Notes under the pieces: model-generated
The model's database searches: none
What the model was told of the DNA's origin: nothing
Seen by the model: only the letters and a program-made list of their open reading frames with translations
Part shown: positions 55,070 to 64,000 of the stretch, one piece after another
Layout: every line of letters starts with the position of its first letter
How positions within the stretch are numbered: the first letter of the stretch is position 1
Program-made: the position numbers and the translations under genes
Assembly (NCBI GenBank): GCA_016748015.1
Contig: JAAOMT010000479.1
Span: 585,824 to 649,823 of the forward strand
Direction: 5' to 3'
DNA length: 64,000 bases
From: Geosiphon pyriformis uo1
Lineage: Eukaryota > Fungi > Glomeromycota

Positions 55070-56456
55070 TTTTCTAATTGTTAATTATATTATTATAAAT
55101 TTATTTAGTTTAAAAAACATTATATTAATATAATTTATTAAATTTGTTTTATATTTAAACTATTTATTAATTTATTAAATCACAAATAATTATTAAGTAT
55201 TTAATACTAAAAAAAAAAAAAAACTAATTTTTTTAAAATTTTAAATTATAAATTCGAATTTAATTATAATTAATTTGATTAATTCTATTTATAATTTATA
55301 ATTAAGCTAATATAATTTTAAGATTTATTTATAAAAAAATAAATTAATTAAATACAAAACTTAATATTTTAATAATTAATAAAAATTTTAAGCAAAATTA
55401 AAAAATAATTTTTTTTTTATAAAACTATTAATTATTAATTTCAAATAATTGAAAAAATATTATTAGTTTTATATATTATATATAATTAAAAAAAAATTAA
55501 TTGATTTGATTTTAAAAATATAATAATTTAAAAAGAAAAAAAAATTCTAATATTTGTTTTTTATTAAAATTAATAAAAATTAAAAGTTTTTAAAATAAAT
55601 TATTATAAATTAACAACAAATTTAAGTAGATTATTATAAAATATACACAATTAAATAAAAAAATGTAATTAAATAAAAACAATATAATTTTAATATAAAT
55701 TTTAATATAAATATTAATTTTTACATTTATTATTTATTTTATTTATTTAATATATTTACTATATTTAATCATGTTATTAATATTGATAATAATATTAATT
55801 TACTACTTTTATTAAACAATAAAAGATATTAATGAAAAATTTGATGTTTATTTTTTGTTCTAAATTAAAAAAAAACCCACTCTCCAAATATTTTATTATT
55901 TTTATTGAAAACAAGAACTATAAATTGACTAAAAAAGATTACAATATTACTATTATTATAATAATAAAAGTTTTTAAGGCATTCAACTTTATTGGGTCGG
56001 GCATTTTTTTCACGTGTATTACTGTTGTTTATAAATCTTAAATTCTAATCGTAAATGCTCTTTTTTTAATTATTCTAATTATAATTTTGGTTTTATCTAT
56101 GGGAAAACAATTTCTGTTGAGTATATATAACTGCATAACCGGGGGGGGGGGGGGGATATAGGATAGTATAACAGAAAATGATAATACAATTTTCCAACGC
56201 TAATCATTTTTTTAGTGTGCACATTATTAATCTCCCTTCGGGAGTTCCTCTGACAAATTTTTATATAAGAATTTTAAAAACACAAATTTTTTGTTAGGTG
56301 CTTTTTTCTGTTCTATTAACCAAGTCCCCATTCCAAAATTTACATTTAATTTTTTCCTTCCACTTAACTCAACTCAACTCAACTCAACCCAACCCAACCA
56401 ATCAATCAATCGATTAATATCCCCTAAATACCGAGAAATCAGCTTGAATTCTCCCA

Positions 56457-58003
56457 TCATTGTCCTTTCGAAGATTTACTGCCAAAAAAAGGGTGTTCGG
56501 AAAACTTAAATGTCTTTTTAATTATTGATCGTCCTGACTGCCATAGCGGTTGTTGTGTATTAATGGCTTCAATTTCATTATCATCAAGTATGTCTGTATA
56601 AGTACTTTCAACTGGGGTTTCTCCATCATCAGCACCTTCAACTTTCTCCTCGTCATCAGTAATTTTGTTGTTGTCCACGTTCGGTCCTTTCACCGCCAGA
56701 TCAAATACTTGTACACCTAATCCAAGTGCCCCACCAATAAATCCGATGCTTGTCAATACAACGATGGTCTCGCCTGATAAATCATACTTGTAATCATCCC
56801 ACATTGTGTATCCCCAGAATAATTTAAAGGCGGCCAAAAGTCCACCACGTATAAAAACATCAACTCCCAATATTATCAGGTAGATTCCTGTGAAAACGGT
56901 TGTTAAGACAGTGACGTATGGATAGATTCTTTGGAAGGATGATAATATTGTGAATATTAGGATAAAGATTCCCAGAAATATGTAACGAGGTATCTGGGTT
57001 TGGATTAAACCGTTGGTTCGTAATGAAAGAAGGAATAGTCCCAGGGATAATCCACCTATAGCGCCTACTAGAATTCTACCCGTGGGCCACATGCATACAA
57101 AAAAGGCACCCGACACTAGACCAGCACCCACACATAAAACAAAATAAATTATACGCGTGCCCTCGGATGGATTTTGTACGTTTTGATATTTTAGAATGAA
57201 TAGTAAAATCATTAAGCCTGATATGGAGAAAAATTTGTTTAGAATGAGAAATTTTGAAAAAGACACAAAGAGACACAAGAATCCAGATAAAATTTTTGCC
57301 TACCAGTAGCATAAAAACCACCAAGATATATGGTAATCCATTTGTAACGCTGACCTCTAAACAAGCTCACTAATCCAGTTGAAATAAAGAGTATTCCCAT
57401 CATATAACTAGCAGAATCCAACGGATATTCATTATCGCGTCCTATTTTTTCAATTCAAGGGTAATCACTATAGATTAGTAATGATTTAACTCTTTAGGAT
57501 TTAAGCTATATTCGAGTTTTTAAAAAATCAATTGAACGCAAGATCAATTAATTTTCTCCTCCCTCCCTTCCTCCCTTCCTCCCTTCCTTTAAAAAGAAAA
57601 TCAAATACATACGATATGAAGGTTCGATATTTGTATCATTTTTACCCGCGAGCGTTGTCTCATTTCCCGGTTTTACAGTTTGATTTCCTCCATTTGGGAG
57701 ATTTATTGTATTATTTCCCACCTTGGGTGACACCGTACTATTTCCTCCTTCAGCTGTGATCGTTTGATTTGTTAATTGTGTTGGTATTGTTGTTTTTGTT
57801 GTTGGTGATGATGATGATATTATAGTCGTATTTATTATCGGTTGTGATTGTGGAGGTTGTGGAAGTTGTGTAGATTGTGGGGTCAAAGATGAAACTTCTA
57901 CGGCTGAGACCAATGAGACAAACAGGAATAATACCGATAGAAGGGAAACTAGTAATAACGGTATTGACGTTGATATTAATTTTAATTTTTTTAAATTTAT
58001 CAT
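56457..58003 (-). CDS. Membrane protein with signal peptide, S/T/P-rich stalk and DUF4203 (TMEM198/TM7SF3-like) multi-pass domain; 3 exons (58003-57612, 57441-57304, 57217-56457)
   Basis: The spliced frame is continuous: GILFISTGLVSLFRGQRYKWITIYLGGF, VGAIGGLSLGLFLL, TTVFTGIYLIILGVDVFIRGG. Confidence 0.85.
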
Positions 58004-59780
58004 TATAGTTTTTTTCTAATTTTAGTTGATGGGAGATTTCTTTCAGACGTGTCGCTTTTTAAAACCAGGGAAGAGTTTTTTTGTATGTATATTTTTGGAC
58101 AAGTGGAAAAAAGGGTTTTAGGAAAGATGTCACAAAATTTAATGACATGCAATAAGAAAGTATTGTTTCTTTGGGTAAAAGTGAAAAAGCTTAACTCAAC
58201 ATAAACTGGTGTTGTAACTTAGTAATAAAACTAAATGTTCTAGAATGGTTAAGCGTCAAGGTCGAGGAAGAGAGGTGAAGCTTTAATCTTCTATTGAACG
58301 TCTATGTTTTATGATTCAACGGAATTAACATTCAACTCATATACAGTGATAGAAAAGATTTAAATGTATAAAGGTAGTTGGTGGTTGAGGCCGCCTTAAC
58401 AATTTAAAATATTTTGGTTTTTAATATAACTCTTGTAATATTTGCTAAAGGAATCAAGATTATAACAATGTATCAGAGGAAAAGAGTGGGAAAGAATAGA
58501 AAATTGTATTCGAAGTCTATAAATCGATAATAGTGAAGATGAAGATGAAGATGTGTGATATATAATAATAAATAATAAATATATAATAAATAAAGTAAAA
58601 AAGTAGTATCGTACAAAAAGATTCAAAGAAAAAACAGGTTAAAAAGAAATAAAAGAAAAAAAAAAAGCAACTAAAAGAGTTTGAGGAATAATGAAAAATA
58701 ACAAAAAGCTAAAAATCCACAAGGAGTTCAGACTTTGAAAAAAAACAAAAAACAGTCGTACATATGCACACAACACACTGGCACACATGTACAAAGCAAG
58801 TTTGGTAACAAGACAAAATTGGACGAAACCCAATTTCTATATTTGATTTTTTGGAGATGAATAAAATAAATATATAAGCGTCACAATTTACGAAAGAGTC
58901 AGTGTAATAAATATTACCGAATTCTCACGACTAGTCCTAATTTGAGCAAGTTATTTCAATTTCAAGGGCCGGAACTGATTCTAAACCAGACCAAACCAGA
59001 TCAAGGAATTTAATTTAATCTAATTAGTAAAGTGTGGTACTTGATGGGTTTTTTCCATTGTCAACGTTTTTTGTACTACTAGTCGAGAAATAGAAATATT
59101 CAAAGGCATTATTGGTATTCATGGGTAATAAAAAATGTCAGAATTTAGGACATGTTTAACTCTTTTGGGATGACAAGAAGGGGATAATTTTTTATTTTTG
59201 ATAATAATAGTTTAGAAACTTTGGGGAGCAATAGTAATTGGAGCAATATTAAAAAGGAATGAGTCGTAAAAAAGAGGTCATATTTAAATTAAAGGTTTTT
59301 TGAAAATATCTATATTTATATCGTTATGGGATTCGATCGATTAAAAATTTTATATAATTGGTCTCTATTCAAAGGCATAGATGATCACCTGGGAAATAAA
59401 GTTTGCATATTTAAAGGCTGTCAAATTCATCAACCAATCATTTTCTATTACATTATGTTAGTATGAACTAATTTTAATGTTAAATGAAAGAGTTGGTAGG
59501 GTATTTTTTTTTGATGTATGCGAATGCATGAGCGGGATAAAAATAATTTCACAAAATTTCTTAGCTTTTTGGGAATAATGTATGGTTGAATTGTTATGCA
59601 CTTTTCATTGTGAAATATAAATAAATTTATTATTAAAATTTGGTAATAATATAACAGAGAGAAATGCTTAAATATAGCTTAAAAGTTAATTTTTGTTTAA
59701 TTTTGTTCTCTCGCGAAAATTTTAAAAAATGTGGTTACCTCATGGTCTTATATTTTTAAGTTTTTAAATTTTTAAATTTT

Positions 59781-59856
59781 TTTCTTTCTTTCCTTTCTTT
59801 CCTTTCTTTCCTTTCTTTCTTTCTTTCTTTCCTTTCTTTCTTTCTTTCTTTCTTTC

Positions 59857-59949
<93 letters not shown>
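59781..59949. repeat. (TTTC)n microsatellite
   Basis: Directly visible; explains the spurious KERK ORFs. Confidence 0.97.
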
Positions 59950-59950
<1 letters not shown>

Positions 59951-61982
59951 CATTTGATTTAAAAACACTTTTGGCTCTTAAGGCAATACCCATTTAAATC
60001 TAGAAATCATATTCAAAAGGTGTTTAACTTCGATAATAAATCATTCTTAAAAAGTAATCCAGTTTTTAAATAATTAATTTCTTATCTAGTATATATTTCC
60101 CATGCTAATACTCATACTCGTACCTGTACTTTGAGATTATTAGATCTGCGAGAATTTAATCAATTTTAAAAAGGCAAACAGGAGAGACATAATACCGGAA
60201 ATCGATCATCTTTTTCAAGTTCGTTTCCATTTCAAATTCTAGAATGTTTCCAGTTCTTAGTTAAAAAATTAATTTTTTTTATATATTATTCCAATGTTTA
60301 GTTGATAACGTGAGTAACCGAAATGTTTGTTAATTAGAATTTTTAATGACGGATGATACTGTCAATCAATTTCCTAAATTTCTTTCTTTCCCCATCACAC
60401 CATAAGTAACTTTGATGAATAAATTTGAGTTAAAAACTTGTCATATAACTTGAAATCTTAAATTTTAAATGAAAAGTTTGCTGACCCCTTGACAAAATTT
60501 AAACTTTTTCCGAGCCTCCCGAAAAGAAATAGCAAATAAAAGTGATCAATGCGATCTTTAATAATACAAGAGTTTAAGAATATTAAAACTACATTTTAAG
60601 TTTTCTAAACTTGAAATTCTTGTTGACCTGTTTTGCTTCTGTAAACGCGCTATGTATGAATTTAAAAAACCGACTGGCAATTATTGACGACGACTTGAGC
60701 GGATCATGTTTCATATGATCGTGCCTGCTAATTGTGAAACTTAGTGAACTAGAATACAGCATGATTTCTATTCTGTCAAAGAATTGTGTTTAAGAATATG
60801 AAATGAGTAAAAGCCTAACTTTTTTTAAACGTTGTCGCTATAATTTAGGAAGGAAATTTATTGGCTGTAGTTGTAGCTGTAGCTGTAGCTGTGGCTGTAG
60901 CTATAGCTATAGCAGATGAATCATTTTCCAAAGTTGATGAAATATTTAGTATTTACAAAACTATTTTTAATGAAAATCCTGTGCAAAAATGCTAGATAAG
61001 TCTTCGAACATTCGAAACAAATTTCTTTCATAGATCTTTTCCCCTGCATCCCCTGAAAGACATGCTCAATCAAGAAAGAAATTAAATTCTGATGGAAGCT
61101 CAAAAGTCTTAATGATTTTGTTTTTGAGAACGATAAAAATTTACCGTAATTTACCCGATTGCCACACACACATTGACATACGTAACTCATTTATGGAAAA
61201 ACATTGTTGTGCAAGAATCGCAATCTCATGATTTTTAACTTGGAAAAAAAATGATATGGTCCAAGTCATTTACAAATTTAAATTCCTAAAAAACCAATAG
61301 TGGAAAAAAAAAACATCAAAATATTTTTTCACTTACAAAATAATAAATACTAAGCTTTATTAGTTGTTTTAATTTGTTCGAGATTCCCAAAACCCCACAA
61401 TAATCATATTGATTATTATACATGTATTTTGCCTTGAATTTCTCTATCTCTCTCTTTCCCAAATCTTTCCCCAACTTGTTTTATTGTCTTTTTTATTCTT
61501 CGATTTTTGCTTCTTCCTTTTAAATAGTAAATTGTTTAAAAATTTTTTTCCTCTAAATCAAAAAACTTTTAACCAATAATTTTTGTGTTTATGTTTATGT
61601 TTATAATTTTTTTTTTCCACATTTCTTTCTATTAAAGTCTTGTTTATATAAATTGTAAATCATTGATATAAACTTTCAAAGTATAATAATTTATTTATTG
61701 ATTTTATTCATTTACAAATATCATGAATGCTTAAAATTAAATACATAAGATTATTATTTTTTTTTTTACAAAACTCATATTAATTAAATAATATATGTAT
61801 ATTAAAAAAAAATTTGATTTTGACTTTTATTATTGTTTGATTAAATTTTTTAATATTTAAAAATTCAATTAGCCAAGTTTTTTGTCTCCCGATTATGACT
61901 CATTAATAACATGTGACACGTCTTACAAAACATAATAGATATTAAGTGGTAATCAACCGTTGACTCTTTGATCTTTTGATTA

Positions 61983-63075
61983 ATGGAAACTCAAGATATC
62001 CCAAACGAAACCTTCTCTCCAAACTCGACGCACCATGATGGAGCCACGGCGTCTTCTTCCTTGTCTTATGTACGCAATAAGGTTATAATGTTAACTAATC
62101 TTGATCCTAACGGTTCAAGACAGGATATCCAGGTTCCCAAGATTTTATTTGTGTCAAATTTAGTGCCCTTCTTTTAAACAAAAGTTTTTCCCAAGTAGTA
62201 AAGTTTTCTGTATTGATCCTTAAAATAGACAAGCTTTGAAAAACTTGATCTTGGCGTTCCCTGGGTTGATCATACTAAAGACTCTACCTGTGGTTATGTA
62301 CGTTTGAAAAATCCTCTCGCACGTGAAATTTCCAATAGTTTGATGTCACAAGGTGGTCTACGAATAGGCTCTGAAATGGTTAAGTTGCGTGCTCTCGAAG
62401 GTTAGCTTCTTTTTTCTCAATTTAAAACTATGAAAATTCTTAATTGAGACTCATCTATGTTTGTGATATTTAGGTGCTGAAGAGGATACCTATTGGGCAC
62501 TTTTTGCAGATAGATCCTCTCATGAATCTGGAAAAAAAATACCTTATATCCACAAGTCGTTTCGGGCAAAAGTCCGATTATCCACTAGTCAATATCGTAA
62601 TAGATACACTTCCATAGAAGGGGTCGAAGATAGCAAGTTATGCAATCTAAAGGTAAAAGCCCAAAAAACAGTTAGATATTTACCTTATACTAGAATGGAC
62701 ATTGATAAGGGAAATGAGGCCAGGAGCAATGAAATATCAAAGAAAAAGAGGCGCAAAAAAAAAAAGAAGGTGAAGGGAATAGGTAAAAAGCGAGGAGACA
62801 GAGAACAGCCACATCAACAAAAACAGGGTACATTAGATGCTATGGGGGGCTCGTCATCTTTACCTCCCGATACCATGATTTCTTCACTGGCAATAGAAAC
62901 ATCAATTATGCCAGGAGATGGAGAATATCCTCTTAAAATCTCATCTGATCAGACGATCATAAATGAATTCGGTCAGGTGAACCTTAGTCGACAGCAAGGT
63001 ACAACCCAAGATATTGCTGCTGAACTGCCCGAGGACATATTAAAAAGATTCGAGAAATTATACCTTGATATTTGA
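61983..63075 (+). CDS. Protein with an N-terminal xRRM (La/LARP7-type atypical RRM) and a basic NLS; 3 exons
   Basis: KVIMLTNLDPNGSRQDIQ|TSFEKLDLGVPWVDHTKDSTCGYVRL..VKLRALE|GAEEDTYW matches the xRRM pattern (VD..G.GYVRF, L.G.EE..YW). Exon 3 is open through RYLPY and KKKRRKKKKK to TGA 63075. Confidence 0.75.
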
Positions 63076-63375
63076 ATTATATAACAGGGAATAACAGGTA
63101 AGAAAGTAAAAGGTAAGTATTTTTTATAACCCGAATCATCTATTTTAAATACATACCAATGATTATTGAAGAGGGATAGACTCGTTAATAACGGGAAAGC
63201 CTTATTTCATTGGTACATTAAATTTTAGATTTTTCGGGAAAAGATAAATGGCACAAATTCATTGATAGCTCAGCCAAACCATTTCTGATGTCCAAAATGG
63301 ATTTAAAGGCTATTAATGGTATTAGCCAATTAATTGCTTGGTCAATTGGAAGAAAGATTATATCCATTATTTATA

Positions 63376-64000
63376 ATTCATATTCTTGTAGAAAATTCAA
63401 AGGAAAAATTGAAAACAAAAAAAATACTGTAAGTGCTCTGAATTTTATAGATTTACTGCTCATAGCATTCTCTGGTATTAAATACTTCCATTTAAATTTT
63501 AATCCATTTGTTATATAATAGATTTTCTCAAAGTTAATATTAATCCCTAAAATTATTACATCTAAACTGATCAAGGGAGAAATAATTCTCGCCCAAAACG
63601 CGCTCAAGATTCCCAACAGAACTTTGAAAATAGGAGAATTTAGTTTTATAAGAAAGATTTAATAAAAGTTCAATCAAATTTATCTCCCAAAATACATCTC
63701 GATAAAAATCCTAGAATTACTTGAGTTGCCGACAAAATGCTGTGGTACTCGATGCTCTTTTTAAGATTCTCAATAGCTCAGCCTTCTTCCTCTGCATCCT
63801 GAAACATTTCTTCATCAATACTATTACCCCCTTCTTTAGATGTTGGCCTCTCAATGATTGAATCAAGATAAGCCAATGAAGCCTTTAAATCATAGACTGA
63901 GAATGAGGCAATGGTTTTAAATCTTGGAAATAAAAATAGGGGAAAAGAAATTCCTCACCTTCCCTACCTCACTCAATTCTTGTTCACCACTTGAAGCGTT
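63376..64000 (-). CDS. 3' exons of an unidentified intron-containing gene running off the right edge
   Basis: Coding-like exon YDLKASLAYLDSIIERPTSKEGVIVLMKKCFRMQRKKAELLRILKRASSTTAFCRQL bounded by AG/GT, followed by SVGNLERVLGENYFSLDQFR. Exact stop uncertain. Confidence 0.55.

Noticed and set aside
56141-56155. G15 run as a functional G-quadruplex
   Set aside because: A single homopolymer with no supporting context.
59756-59993. KERK-repeat ORFs
   Set aside because: They are translations of the (TTTC)n microsatellite.

Overview
AT-rich, intron-rich eukaryotic nuclear DNA. Gene content, intron style, repeat families and minor introns point to an early-diverging fungus, most likely Glomeromycotina (Geosiphon/Ambispora-like); this is an inference. 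Host genes: a C9orf78/Tls1-like spliceosomal factor, importin-9 (with two AT-AC minor-spliceosome introns), a large-ectodomain multi-pass membrane protein, a six-repeat Myb/SANT protein, USP7/Ubp15, PIG-F/GPI11, a DUF4203-type membrane protein, a stand-alone xRRM protein and a partial gene at the right edge. Roughly a third of the window is nested non-LTR retrotransposons (APE-RT-RNase H LINEs) with heavy C>T/G>A decay. The main finding is a ~2.2-kb intronless, polycistronic insert at ~31.68-33.85 kb that ends in poly(A). It encodes a frameshifted tobamovirus/virga-like (TMV-fold) coat protein, a second coat-protein paralogue and a membrane-protein ORF, so it looks like an endogenised rod-shaped (+)RNA virus, apparently lying inside an LTR-retroelement remnant. 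All homology calls were made by eye; no searches were run.
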